From Strigamia acuminata (lineage: Eukaryota), in contig OX442314.1 in assembly GCA_949358305.1 (NCBI GenBank), forward strand, positions 21,204,001-21,268,000: 64,000 nt of DNA, written 5' to 3'. The notes beneath the pieces are model-generated. The model was not told where the DNA came from and ran no database searches. It saw only the letters and a list, made by a program, of their open reading frames with translations. Shown one piece after another: positions 13,358 through 26,697 of this stretch. The first letter of the stretch is position 1. The number at the start of each line of letters is the position of its first letter. Position numbers and translations under genes: made by a program.

Positions 13358-14805
13358 TCGAATTTATTATAAAATTCCATAGCATAAGATAATAAATTCA
13401 AATAGAGTTTTGTTGTTTCATCATTAGACAATCTAATGACTGTCAGATGCAATTTTGCATCACTTAACAGTGATTAATAAATACATTTCTTTTAAAGATC
13501 AATTGGCTAAATTAATGAATAATATTTTCAGAAATTCTTCTTTTTGTATAAAAAAACCTTTTAAATTTGTTTAAAAAGAAAAAAAGAAAAATTACACCAT
13601 CAAACTATTAATGTTGAATGCAAGTGTATTTGTAACTTTATTTATGGTAATATTTACTGTCAAAGTATGAGCAATTTTTATTGTCATCAATCAATGGAAG
13701 GATGTGACAACAATGGAACAAAAACATTTTTCCCCCTCGTTTCTTCACTCAGTTCGCCTCTTAAAAACGCTTAAATGGAAATTTAAATATTTATAATACG
13801 TATATACATCTCTTCCAAACAAAAAGGAAAAATCGAAAAACTTATAATTAAAAATCAAACAAACAAATTAACTTAGGCCTATCATTATATTTAAGTTTTC
13901 AAAAGAGGGGTTTTAGGCCCATAAAGACCTAAAATGAAACTTGTTTACGTTGAGACAGATACATAGAAGGATTATTATGTTACTTGCCAGTTAAAACACA
14001 CAAAAAATCGAGGCAAAAATGATTTACCATGAAAAACAAAGAAGGCAACTGAAACTACAATGATAAATACTATACAATCATTTACACATACTTCTATGGA
14101 TAATTGTCTAGGGAAATATTGTATACAAAGACAAAAAAAACTGGAGATTTGATGAAATAGCTCGTTTTTACATCTTTACAATTTTGTGAGTTATTGTTAT
14201 TATTTCCTAACTATTCACAAATAAAAGAAAGAGATTAATTCCACAATAATAATAATAATAATTAATTAATAATAATTAATAATAATAAAACTTTGTGCTA
14301 TTTGTTTTATCAAGAAGGATTACAAGGAAATGAAAAATTGCTTTCCACATGATTTAAAACTGATCAAATTGAACTAACGTGACAAATGAATCGAAACACA
14401 ATGACACAAGTTGATCATCAGGTACCAAAATAAATGCAACAAAAAAAATATACATGTTATCATAATGCACAATATTATCGTTGTTAATAAAAAAGAAAAG
14501 AAAAAACAAGTTTCATTAAAATTGGAAAAATCAAAGAGAAATTAAAGTAATGCCTACTAAATCAAACGAAATCAAATCAAATGAAATCAAATCAAATCAG
14601 ACATCCAAAACTGGAATTTTCCGCCACAATGTTGCAACAATGGTTTTCCATTCAATCAATCATTATGTTATTATTATTATTTTTTGGTTATGAATGGTTT
14701 AGATCTCCAATCTTAATCAGAGTTGTAAAACTCACTCGTTATCGTTATCGAAATAAAAATTTCTCTTTACATGATACGCACGTTACGTGTCTGGGTGTCT
14801 GAAAC

Positions 14806-17800
14806 TCATTTTTGGGACATATGCCTGCGGAGAGAGCGTTCCATATTCAGCCGATGACCCACACGCTTGACACCTAATTCTAACAATGCTGAATTGTCAA
14901 TAGTGGCAAGACGAGAACCATTGATTCCAGCTGCTTCGAAACTGCCCTTATACTCAGGCATAAACAGAGATTCTAACCAATCGGATACATCACGACTTGT
15001 CCATTGTTGCAACGGTTTGGCGCCAAAATCCTTTGGATTAATACTCAGCCCTTTCGGTCCCCCACTGCTCCCGTCATGTCTCACGACTGGGCTCTCCACC
15101 GACCCGTTGTACATCCCACCACCACCTGGAGGCGTCTTGGCCATCTCGGGCGACATCTTCTGGCCTTTGGTCAATGACTTGGTCAATGGTGGACCAACAT
15201 CGGTAGTGAGTGTCTTGGGGCGCACTAAACGGGACGTGGCTGAAGCTGCACTGCTGGATGCACCACTTATTGTTGCGTAACCCATTTTAAGAGCTTGTTT
15301 AGTGTTTCGTAGTGTCCCGGCTCCTCCAGGTGTCATGGCTTGCTGTAGGGACTGCGTCGAGCTGTGGCGGGGTAGGGAACCCACCAGAAGCAGCTCCTGG
15401 AGCTGGTGAGCAAGGGGTACGTGCACGTCGTCACTAAACTCCGGGGGAGGGGCAATCATACCAACTTCCCCGGCTTGCTCGGCTGTCGTTGCCCCCTCGA
15501 ATTCGGGTGGAGGTGGCACAAGACCCGCGAGCACGTTCACCTCGTGCAACGAGTCCACGTGCATCTTGATAAGCTCCAGACTCTGCTCAATGCTCCGCTC
15601 CAGCTCGGCAGCGTTCGGCCCGTCACTGTGTTTCTTCTTTCTGCTCGTCTGTGGGGGCTGATGCGAGCCTGACTTGTAAGCCCCCTTCGATGACATCGGA
15701 GGACTCGACTTGTTCGTCTCATCTATCTGACGAGGGCCTGGACCCTGACCTCGGTACTGAACGTTCATCTGCTGCGCTTTCATCGCTTCCTGTTCCTTCA
15801 AATGTCGAGACAGAGCTGACGATTGCCTCGCATCTCTCCCGTCGTTATACGTTATTCGCTGAGGATCTGTAGACCGGCTACGGGCTGCTGTTGGCGGGCC
15901 TTGTTTCACTTCGATAACTGTCGACCCAGGACCAGAAGGCGGTGTCTTGTGTTTGGCGACGACTACAGGGGGGCTTTGCTTCATCTCCGCTTCACCACCT
16001 CTGGGAGAGGACGCCGCAGGACCACCTCTCGATGGCTTAATCTCCATAGGTAGGCTTTGCATTCGTCCGCTTCCATTGGTGGTTGCGTGCGTCATTTTCA
16101 TGACAGGCGGGATGGGTGCTGGAACAATGTCGACAGGCTTGCTCGGCGACGCGTTCACGATCACCATCTGCGACGGTTTCTCCACCTGACGAGCACCTGG
16201 ACGTAGGACAGTCGTTGCAGCTGCCATACCAGCGGGGAAATCCTTTTTCAATTTGCCCGACACTGGTGTCGGTGGACCCAGTTCAGCCACATCGCTGTCG
16301 CCGTCTGTTTCACCGCCTTCCATCGGGGGTGGAAGTTTGACGAGCGAAACGGCGTTCTTCGTCAACACTCTGCGGCCCCCGGCCTCCATCTCTTCGCGCA
16401 CGAGCGTGTCCGCCTCCGACAAGCGCGCCCTCAGCAACCATCCCCTGTCTTGAAGGTCGTCTGAATCATCAGAGTCCAGTTCCTCTCTGCAATGACCCCC
16501 CTCGACTGCCACTCCCGACACCTCAGCTGGACCCTCAACATCAGATGATACGCCGCTGGAGCTGTTCTCCAGTTCCTCTTGCGACAAATCGGTCGGACAT
16601 GATTTAGAAATTTTCATCGGCACAGAAGTTTCGCCAAGCTCTTTATTGTCCAAAACTTGAGACCTTGTTCTTGCGCGCTCGTTCTCTCCTCTCTTCGGAA
16701 TGCGCATGGGAGAAGAAGCAGAAGGCTTGCCAGGTTCCTGTTTCTTTTCAAACACCGAAATCTGATCTCGAACTTTGGGCACTGCGCTCGTCTCCACTAT
16801 CGACCCTCCTAATCCTAGTCCTAATCCTAATCCTAATCCTAATCCTGCCCCGTCGTCCACAATCTGCTGTTCAACTTCAGGTTGGGACATTCGCCTCTGC
16901 CTCTCGGCCACCTTCTGGGCAATAAGATGCTTGAAGTCTGGCGAACTGGCCACATCCTGCTTGCCAAGCGTGGTTGGTCCGCCAGACTGTTTCGCTTGTT
17001 TCGGTATGGGCACTGGAGGCTTCTTTGGTTTATCTCCAGCTCCTTTGCCTGAGAGTGGCTTAAAAGATTGACGATTCATGTCCCCATCAGAAGGAACTTC
17101 AATTTCCGTCACGAACTTCCCCGACCCCGACCCCGACGAACCTCTACGTTCTAAATGTGTCTGATGACCATCGCTTGGCTTCTGAACACTTTTTAAACGA
17201 TCTCTTGCTTCAGCTATTGCTTTTTTTGCATCTTTGTGAGGACTGGTGTTAGGACTACTCATTTCCGCGGCTTTTATAGTACCCGTCGATCGTTGGCTGT
17301 TGTCGCTGTGGCTCGGCGACTCCTGCGAAGATTGCTTCTCATAGACTTTCGGCGGAGGTGGAATCGACGGTGGATTCTGAGGGGTAATCACCACATCTTC
17401 CTCCTCCTCGCTCACATCGTAATCGGGTGCTGGTATGAAAGGTTCTTGCTCGGCTTGCATTTGCTTCCGGTATAATGCGATATTGCCTTTGGCTGAAGGA
17501 TGTGATCGTTCCGATGAATTGCCACTGTCGGTTGAAACGGCATCCGGAGCTACCATGTACGGCACCTGCTTGTAAGAGTTAAATCCGGCGCCAGCGTTCG
17601 AATCACCACTCGTCTCCGATTCGGACGAAGTGTTGCTGCTGCTGCTGCCCGGTGGTGGTGGTGGAAGTTTCGCCGGAAGCGAACATGACCGAAGCGACTG
17701 CACGATCTTATGCTGACCGATGTACGCATCTTCGGGAGACGCGTACATCTTGCTTCCTTCCCCCACCGGCCTAAAACTGGACATCGGTTTCGAATCTACA

Positions 17801-20800
17801 GTTACATTAGCATATTCTCCCCTTGCCCTAGACACGTCCACCCTGACTACCTGACTGACAGGTGGCGGGGGCGGTGGGTGCGTAGGTGGGGGAGGTGGAC
17901 CACGCGTCGAAGACACCTGGATGTTGGCACATTCTGTTTCTGCTAGTTGGCACTTTTCAAATAGGTTTTCGTCCGAGCCCCACGCGTGTAGAACACTGTC
18001 CCTCCCATCAATAAACTTGGAATGCGTTGTTGATGGGAACGCCCAAGAATGTCTGTTATTTTTTGCATTCAGTGCCGCCACGTTTTCTTGGCTTCTGATT
18101 CTGCGCTTCCCGCTCTCCTTCTCCGCTTCCACAGCATTTAAGTCCGGCGTGCTGGAAAAATCCTTGTGCAGGTTCGCAGCGTCCCCGGCCCCTCTCTGTT
18201 TTCCTGCTCGACTGCGCTTCATTTCAGCAACACTGCTGTACACTTTAGGCAGTTTGCCTGGAGGTCTACCCATTGTCAAGTCCTGAGGCGTTCCTTGTCG
18301 GGCCAAAATCTCCTCCAGTTCTGCAGCAGTTATGCGTTTTGACGCCGGTCTCGCCCGAATAGAAGCCGTTTTCACTGTGGCTTGTTGTCCGTCCGTAGTG
18401 GGTGCAGCAGGCTTGTAAGGAAGGCTTTCAATGGAACTGCTGTGCGCACCACGGGTTTCTGCATCATATTGTTGTTGTAAAGTTTGATTCAAGGCCTCTG
18501 TTAAACATTACAATCAATCGCTTTGTTTCGCTCAATACAAACTAACTAAATAATACCTATTTCAGCGAGTCCAGCTACCATAGATCGCGCTCTAGCACGG
18601 CCAACAGAGAGTGTTGTTCTTGGATCTCTTCTCGGAGGGGCAGGAGCAGCTGAAACAAAATAAATAATTTTTAATTTTTAAATTTTAAAAATAAAAACTA
18701 ATTAATTAATTAAATTACCTTTGCCCCTCATTAATTTTCGAGGTAATGTTGAACATTGGCGCATTGCAGCACTAGCGGGTTTGTCTCCAAGCATTCCTCC
18801 TGCTGGGTGTACAGTTACTACAGTCATTGCAACTAAATCGCCTGACTTTCGGATCAAATTTACAACGTGCTCGTGTGAAGCTTGAGTTACATCTTCACTG
18901 TTTATCTGTTGAATTTAAGAATATTTCCGTCAAGTATGTACTAAATAACGCATTTCACATCAAACCCACAGCTAATAAATAATCTCCTTTCTTAAGTCCA
19001 GCTAAATCAGCTACACCACCCTTATCAACATCATCTAAATACTGTAGAGCAGGACAATTTTCAGACGGCTGCATTTCCATCAATGGACTCGTTGCTAAAC
19101 AAAAAAAAATAAAATTAGTTCACTTTATGACTAATACCAGCTATTAAAAAGTGTTTATTACCTTTAGCACCCCTTAAAACAAACCCATATCCTTTTTTTC
19201 CTTTATGCAAAATGACTGTTCTTGGTTCTTCACAGCTGGAATGCATTAATAAAGTTAGAACAACCAATCGTTAAATCGTTAAATCAATAAAAATAAAAAA
19301 AACTTACTATTTCCAATTTTTAATATTTTGAATTTGTAGCCTGTTGCTAACTTCTCGTCGCCCTTCTATTCGAGTGCAAACAGGTTTGGCATCTAAAAAT
19401 TATTGATCGATTAAAAAACCTAATTACAAAAATACACTTTCTCTTTCTACAAACCTGGATTTCTTAACCGCACTTCTTGGACACAAGTACTTGGAAACAA
19501 TCCTTGTTGATTTTTTGTTCGGCCTTCAAGCAATCCGCTTTCCAAAATCGCAGTTACTATTTTCAATAATTAAAAGTTAAATCTTTTATTTTGTTTTTAA
19601 ATCCCAAAATAAATCTTACTTTCTACTATATCTCCCGGGGATAAAATCAAATGGTCCGGCAGCCCCGAATTGTACGATTCGAGGCAGACGCACATCATTC
19701 CGCTATTTGTATCTGTTTCGTAAGTTAAATCTTTATGGTATTGATCATAACTATTTGCACTGTTGCTGGTGCATATTCCTGAGGAATCACTTATATTGCT
19801 TTTATCTACAAAAATCCAAAAAATAAAAACAAAAAATAAATTATAAAACACTTAAAACCAAACAAACTTTACATTACAACCAGTTATAACAACTCTCTTA
19901 ATAATAAACCTCGATGGATCTGTGTCCAGCAGGTGTTGTACATTTCTACCTGTATTGCCCGCCTCCGAGTCCTCTAGACTCGGCTGAGTGGATGTATCGG
20001 TGAAAGTCTCCGATAAACTAGACGCTGACGAAAATGGAGGCATGCTACGGTGGGAAAGGGAAGGACTGCTTACAGATCTGAGACCGAATGTTTCGAGTCG
20101 AGGATCGCTCAGCGTACGATGCAGAATAGACGATGCGTTACTTAATCGGCGCCTTGGGTTGAATTTCGGAGCCTCACGCAAAGTAACTGTAAACATACAT
20201 GCCACTACTCTGTTTAACTCAACAAATAATAATAAAATAAAATAAAAAAAAACAACACCACAACTGTCGGCAAGTGTGATTAGTATAAAAGAATATTTCA
20301 AGTTGAACGGAACCATGTAAGAATTGAGAAAATGTTAGAAATGCACCTGACACCTGACGGACATAGACCCAGAAAGATATCAAGAGAAAGGTTAGTCAAA
20401 AAAGACGAAAAAAAAAAATTGGTGTTACAATTTGTGTATATAATTAGCGTTGCATTCGTACCGACATCTTCAGGTCGATGTTTCTGGATAATTTCTGCTA
20501 AACCTAAGTTTCCAGCAATGACAGCCACTTGGTACGGCGTCTGGTTTGCATAGTTCAGTGGCTCCTTTTCAGCACCACGAAACAGCAACACTCTGGCACA
20601 ACTCTCCTGTTGTTGCGTACAAACATTAGTCTTTCAACGAGTTGATACGCATCGATCGTACATACCTGGTCATTCACAGCACACACATGCAACGGAGTGT
20701 TACCACTTGCATTTCTTGCATTCATGTCAGCACCGTAGAATAGCATGTGCTCTAAATGTTGTACCATTCCATTTCGACACGCTTGATGCACTTCATGCCA

Positions 20801-22457
20801 CCCTTGACAATCCTGTGCTCCGATGTGCGCATGATCGTGTAGAAGCATTTCACAAATGCTTGGATCAGCGTTGTAGAGCACGGTGTAATAAAGTGGAGTG
20901 ATTCCCTTGTTGTCTCGGTAATTTGGCGAAGAACCCAAATCTAATAACGTCTAAAATGCAATATAAACATTCGTTACAACACATAAATTAAAGCGTATGA
21001 ACATTGCCAGCGCAAGCAACAAATTCGATTTATTGACAATAGACTTCGTTTGTTTCATGCTTGACTTGATAAAAATGTCACAATTTAGGCCTAATTACGT
21101 CGTATTGCAACGCTTTGACATCAATCACAACGCAATTTGTGTTTTTTAAAACATTTTTAGCAAAATGTCACAATTTAGGCCTAATTACGTCGTATTGCAA
21201 CCCTTTGACATCAATCACAACGCAATTTGTGTTTTTTAAAACATTTTTAGCAAAATAAAACACAAAAACAAACGAAATGCATTCAATTTCCACCATTTTA
21301 AGCATACCTTAATAGCTTCATGGTTATTTTTTTCAACTGCGCGGTGAATAGCAGTGCACCCATCTTTTGTACGATAATCCAAAAGGGCACCACCATTCAC
21401 TAAAGCCATTAGGAGTTTAGAGGATTTTTTCATTGTGGATCCAATCGTAAGTGGAGTTTCTGCAAGCAAATATAGAAAATTTAAATTTAAAAATCATCCC
21501 AAACAACAACAACAACAACAACAAAAAATTGATAAATTAATTAATTAATTAATCACCTCCGGTTTCCGAACAATGAAAATTAGGGTCCAGGCCTTTCGAG
21601 CACAATTTGGTAACTTTTTCCACTTGGCAACTTTGTACATACTCCAACATACGCCGTAAATTTGCCTTTAAAAACATTTAAAAAAAGTCAACATCTTTAA
21701 CGCAACAACAACTCATTCGAATTCATACCCTCGTGTGTAATTGCTTGATTTGTTTCTCATCCACATTCATCATTTTATAAATTCTTCTTTTATACTTCAG
21801 CTGAAACCAGAATAAAAGCAATTAGCATACTAATTACCAACCACTTGGACAATTATACCTCTAGGTAGCCAATTGGACCTGGTAATGGATAGTTCGATAA
21901 CGGCCTTTCTTCGTCCAGAAATTTACCCGCTTTGCCATTTTGTGGTGGAGCAAACAACCCATAATTAAAACTTTCCTTTAATTCCTGTAATTAAAAACGG
22001 CAAACTAATATTTATTCCTTGCACAAATCCGAACCACTACCTTAGGCAAAGCAGCAAGAACTTGTTGTTTGACATCCCACACAAGTTCGTCCCGATGGAA
22101 CTGCAGACATTTCTGGACGCCCAGTTCAGGCACGTTGACGCGGATGAGAACAAGCGCCTCATCACTGCCCACACTCACACTGTCCGCCTCACACGGTTCC
22201 ATGGCTACAGCAGCATCTACAACCAAACGTAAACATAATTAACAAATTTAAAAATACAAATAATAAATCAATTAGATTGATTAATTTCGTTTTCAACCTG
22301 AAACATCGAGTTGTAGAAACGCCCTTTTATCAACAAACCGCCTGTAAGTCCGCAGGGGTCTCATCGTGGGCCCCCTGCATCCCCTTTTCACCATTTTCGG
22401 AGTAACCGGGGGAGTTTGTGACCCAGTGGGAGGTAGCCCAGGTAAGTGAAAGTCCAT
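14806..22457 (-). CDS. Shank: SH3 and multiple ankyrin repeat domains protein (Shank/ProSAP), multi-exon with a 3.7-kb last exon 18497-14806
   Basis: Domain order SPN (LQFHRDELVWDVKQQ), ankyrin repeats (GNTPLHVCAVN), SH3, PDZ (GYGFVLRG, INSEDVTQASHEHVVNLIR), proline-rich region, C-terminal SAM (WTSRDVSDWLESL...LGVKRVGHR). In-frame ATG at 22457; other upstream starts are possible. Confidence 0.95.
21072..21251. repeat. Tandem duplication, 2 x 90 bp, in a Shank intron
   Basis: AAAATGTCACAATTTAGGCCTAATTACGTCG... repeated at 21072 and 21162, near identical. Confidence 0.9.
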
Positions 22458-22978
22458 TAGTTGTTTAACTTCATCGATATTTCACCTTGGAATGCACCAA
22501 CACGAAAACCGGAAATGTTTCTAACAATGAGAGTTGGTATCCGGTTTGTGCAGATTGGGGTTTATTTTGGGATTGTTGTGTGCATCAAGATGCGGTGTAG
22601 GACAGTGAAAACAACCCGCAACGATGTTTTGAGTGGTATTTTAGGAACAAGGGTGAAGGTTAGAATAATATTGTTGAAAGGGTACAATGTTGTTGGCGGT
22701 GATCGGCTTGAATGGCATTACAAGCGGGGAGCATCGGTCTTGGCAGGTGCGTTAAACGTGAATTATGTATCGGTTTTTAATAAGAGCGATGTATTGTTCA
22801 GGTAAAAAGGTTTGCACTTAATTTCGTGCTGCTTTAACATCAATTGTACGAATGCTTTGATGGAAAGTAATTATTGTCTTGTGTTTGCTAATGAGATTTG
22901 CTGCCAACACAACAACCAGCTGGGGGTGCAACTTCAGTTTGGGGGCCCCGAGGCACCAAAATATGTAATTAAAAAAAA

Positions 22979-23341
22979 CCCTAAATGCTTTGATAGAACA
23001 CCCGCGCTCTATTGATAGAATCCGCCATTTAGATATTCAATTCAATCGGTTTGGTCAATCTAAACATTTATTTTAGTCATTTTGTTCGATTCGGACATTT
23101 ATTTTAGTCATTTTGTTCAATTTAGACATTTATTTTAGTCATTTTGTTCAATTTAGACATTTATTTTAGTCATTTTGTTCAATTTAGACATTTATTTTAG
23201 TCATTTTGTTCAATTTAGACATTTATTTTACTCATTTTGTTCAATTAGATATTAAATTTAGTCGTTTTGGTTAATTTAGACTTGCATTGTAAAGGATAGC
23301 GCGTTCAATGATCATCCCGCGCTCTGCGAGAGCATTTAGGG
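22979..23341. mobile_element. MITE with short TIRs carrying a 31-bp minisatellite (piggyBac-like CCCT...AGGG ends)
   Basis: CCCTAAATGCT...AGCATTTAGGG; internal ~6-7 copies of ATTTATTTTAGTCATTTTGTTCAATTTAGAC; TTAA TSD not intact. Confidence 0.65.
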
Positions 23342-23498
23342 TAAACAAACACTGACGGATTTTCTCTTTTGGTCAATTGAAAAATAAATAAATAAATAAT
23401 GGGCAATTTTGGCAATTTTAGCAATTTTATGGCAAATTCCCACCGCACAAACGATAATAAGAAAAAAGCGGAAAAATCCTCAATGTCTAAACGATCCC

Positions 23499-25591
23499 GT
23501 TACCATGACAACAGAAGCTATTCAATTTCTACATCGTGCCAAGGTCTACTTCCACTTTAGTCTTTGATTTCCATTTTTCCGTCGCTTGATTCGAATATAA
23601 AGCAATAACACTCGCTGCATCGGCACTTTACCTTGCTAAGTATTAAACACACTTGCCCTCATCCCTCTCGTCGTAATGGGGCTTAAACCTAATGCCATTG
23701 AAAACTCTTATCCCCTTCTCAAAACTATCGCATCACACAGCGGCTTCCTTACCTTAGACACACTCCAACAATAACGTCGCTAAATCATTTTTTTTACATC
23801 ATTCCAACAATGCACCTAAAACAAAAAGAAAAAAAAATGATTTTTTTAAAATGCTTTTAGACTTTTGTGGAGATTTCAAAATGGTGGATCAAATCTCATA
23901 ACTTGGGAACTCAGCTTTACTCATGACCGTTACCTAGCAACCAGATGCTGACTCCCGTTGCTCGGCAACCAGAGTCTTTTACCTCAACGTTTAAAGCAAA
24001 GGAAAGAATGTTAAGCGTTTATTTCAGACAAAATAAAATCTCCCTTATGTCATTTTTTTGTCTCTACGTTATTACACGCAATTATTCAATTACATAACAA
24101 TAGTTCCATCGTTTTGCAACAATTATGTAACTGTGTGAAATTTCCAAATTGCATTTACATTAAAATATTCCATTTTTAATAAATTAAACTTTTTTTTTAA
24201 AAAAATTTTTTAAAGAATTTTTTTTCGGTTTAATTTTTAAATTTTTATATCAAATAAATACAAAACAATTTTTTTCCCGTCCACAAACGTTGAAAACAAA
24301 GCAAAAAATTAAGAATTAACTAATAAAAACCGTGTTAATCAAATTAACTTTTAGCTAACGTCCTCTGTATCCTGGATCCACCCCCGCAGCCCACTTCCGG
24401 TCCAGATTTGAGGTCAGTAAATGTGACAGACATGTGCACCAACTCACTCGAGTCGAAAACTCAAACAGGAAACGACCAATAGGGGAGAAAAAATGAGTTC
24501 TTTAAACCTAATACCACCAATAGAAAGTCTAACAAAAAAATAAAAATAAAACAAACAAACAAAAAACGAGGAACGAAATTTAAAAATGTTTGGAAATCCT
24601 CCGTCAGCAATCCGAGATGAAGAGCCCCGAAAAGAACATCGTCCTTACGTTCGTCCTCAACTCGCATTGTTAGTGCACTGACATCAGATCGATACGACGC
24701 ATGCGTGCAACGAGGAGCTATTTTTCACCGTTTTTACTCTCGCGTCGCTTCTTTCGGATGAAAATAAGATAAAACAAGGATTGTTGTCACAAATACAACA
24801 ATAGATGAATGACTTTGTTGACCGTTTTTTTCCCACAACCCATTCTTGGCATGTTTACACATTTTTATCACGAAACAATGTACTGGAATTGACACCACAG
24901 CCCTGCAACACTTAATTACCGCTAATTATTGTTGTTATCATCATTATAATTAAATAATGAATGATAATAATCAATGCAACATTATAATTAACACGAAACA
25001 ATGCAACAACAACAACAAAAACATAATTTCCATCAAACAAATCAACATTTTTTAGAAAAAAACCTCACTGTTGCAGCAAAAACATCAACACAAAAATCAT
25101 TGTTTCAACACCATCCTTTGATACATTGACAACAATCAATCAATAAATCCCCCCCACCTTTTATTTTCCCCCTCGTAAATGAACCACATCCACCTACACA
25201 AAATGGCTGCCGTTTTCCCCTCACCTACACAAGCATCCCGGAAAAATCCGAGCGTAATCCCGCGCATACTTGCACATACTACACGCATAGGTAGAAAGCG
25301 ATAGAAAAACAAAAATAACCCTAACCGGCCTATAGAACAGAACCCTTTTGCCAAAGCCACCCGCGCAATTGCCGCTCACACGTCACTTGCGACTACTCGT
25401 GTGTGAAAGCGCATTCCGATTGTTGACTAACCACAAATTCAACACGTAAACAAACAGGAAAATGTTCCGTTAGTGGTATTTCCTTACCTTTGATTAATGA
25501 ATATCCACCACTTGGTGCTGGAGGCCCCAACACAAAATGGACCCAGGGCCTCCGAAGAGGGAAAAATTGATCTGTGCGTTGTCATAGTAAC
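23499..25591. promoter_or_regulatory. Four RFX X-box-like motifs upstream of the Shank coding region
   Basis: GTTACCATGACAAC (23499), GTTACCTAGCAAC (23929), GTTGCTCGGCAAC (23957), GTTGTCATAGTAAC (25578). Confidence 0.5.
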
Positions 25592-26138
25592 CGACCACTA
25601 ACGCCGCTCTGGCGGTTAGGGTTGGAAGAGGAGAAGACGTCATTTCGTTTTAGTGCGTAAGGTAATAAATGAGTACATTTTTTCATGCTTTTTTTATCAA
25701 TAGCAATGACGGGAAATGAGATATCCATATGTTCAGCAATTCTTTTTTGTGGATTTGATTTCTTTTTTTGTTATTTCAGGGTCATGAATTTTGTTGTTGT
25801 GTGATGCCATTCAGTAGCATCTCTACGCCTTCCTGGAAGTGACAACAATGAGGAAATAGTCCTATTGATAAACCAACCATGACAGGCAAAGTCTATGTGC
25901 TATTATTATTGAGATTTCGAATCCAAGGAGATCCCATACGTGCGTTTATTTTTAAAATACTTTAACCTTGGGTAGTGGACAATGTTTTGATGACGAAGGG
26001 AGTATTATTAGGTTTCAATGTCACGAGATTTGAGTTAAACTAATTGTAAAATTGAAGGCTTGCATAATAAAAATTCATAAAAATTAAAATTCATAAACAT
26101 TTAATCCAAATTTGTGAATGTGATTATGTAAAAATTAG

Positions 26139-26697
26139 CGTTGTACCGAATATTTGGTTTGTGTTCGGTCAAAAATCGGAATACCGGTATTATGTATTGG
26201 GCGAAACATAAACATGATATTTGGCCGAATACACAATATCGATTATGATAAAATGAATATGATTTGCAATTTTCAAGGTAAAGTTTTGCAATTTTTTAGG
26301 GTAAATAGTGATAATTTTTACTGTATAAATTGCATTTTACCGGGTAACTTTATCTTAGTGACGTAAAAATTGCATTTTTGACGTAAAAGTTTTTTTTATG
26401 TAAAAATTGCACTTGTTATGTAAAAAAATGCAAATTTTACACACAAAATGTAATTTTTACATAAAAAATGCAAATCTTACACATCAAATGTAATTTTTAC
26501 ATCACGTCAAAAATGCAATTTATACGTCAAAAATGCAATTTTTAAGTCACAAAGATAAAGTTACCCGTTAAAATGCAATTTATTCGGTAAGAATTATCAC
26601 TATTTACCATAAAAAATTGCGAAACTTTACCTTGAAAAATAACTGCAGTTATTCTGTCGAATACCAAATATTCGTCACTAAATATTCGTTAATCGGT
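26139..26697. mobile_element. Degenerate palindromic MITE-like element
   Basis: Inverted arms ~26270-26386 and ~26524-26638 (TTTTCAAGGTAAAGTTT...AAACTTTACCTTGAAAA) with CCGAATA-type subterminal motifs; outer ends uncertain. Confidence 0.6.

Noticed and set aside
14867..18286. Many plus-strand ORFs
   Set aside because: Antisense shadows of the GC-rich Shank last exon.
20317..20381. ATATCTTT...TTCTAAC...AC resembling a U12 AT-AC intron
   Set aside because: No plausible upstream exon; the flanking GT-AG splice already gives the conserved Shank frame.
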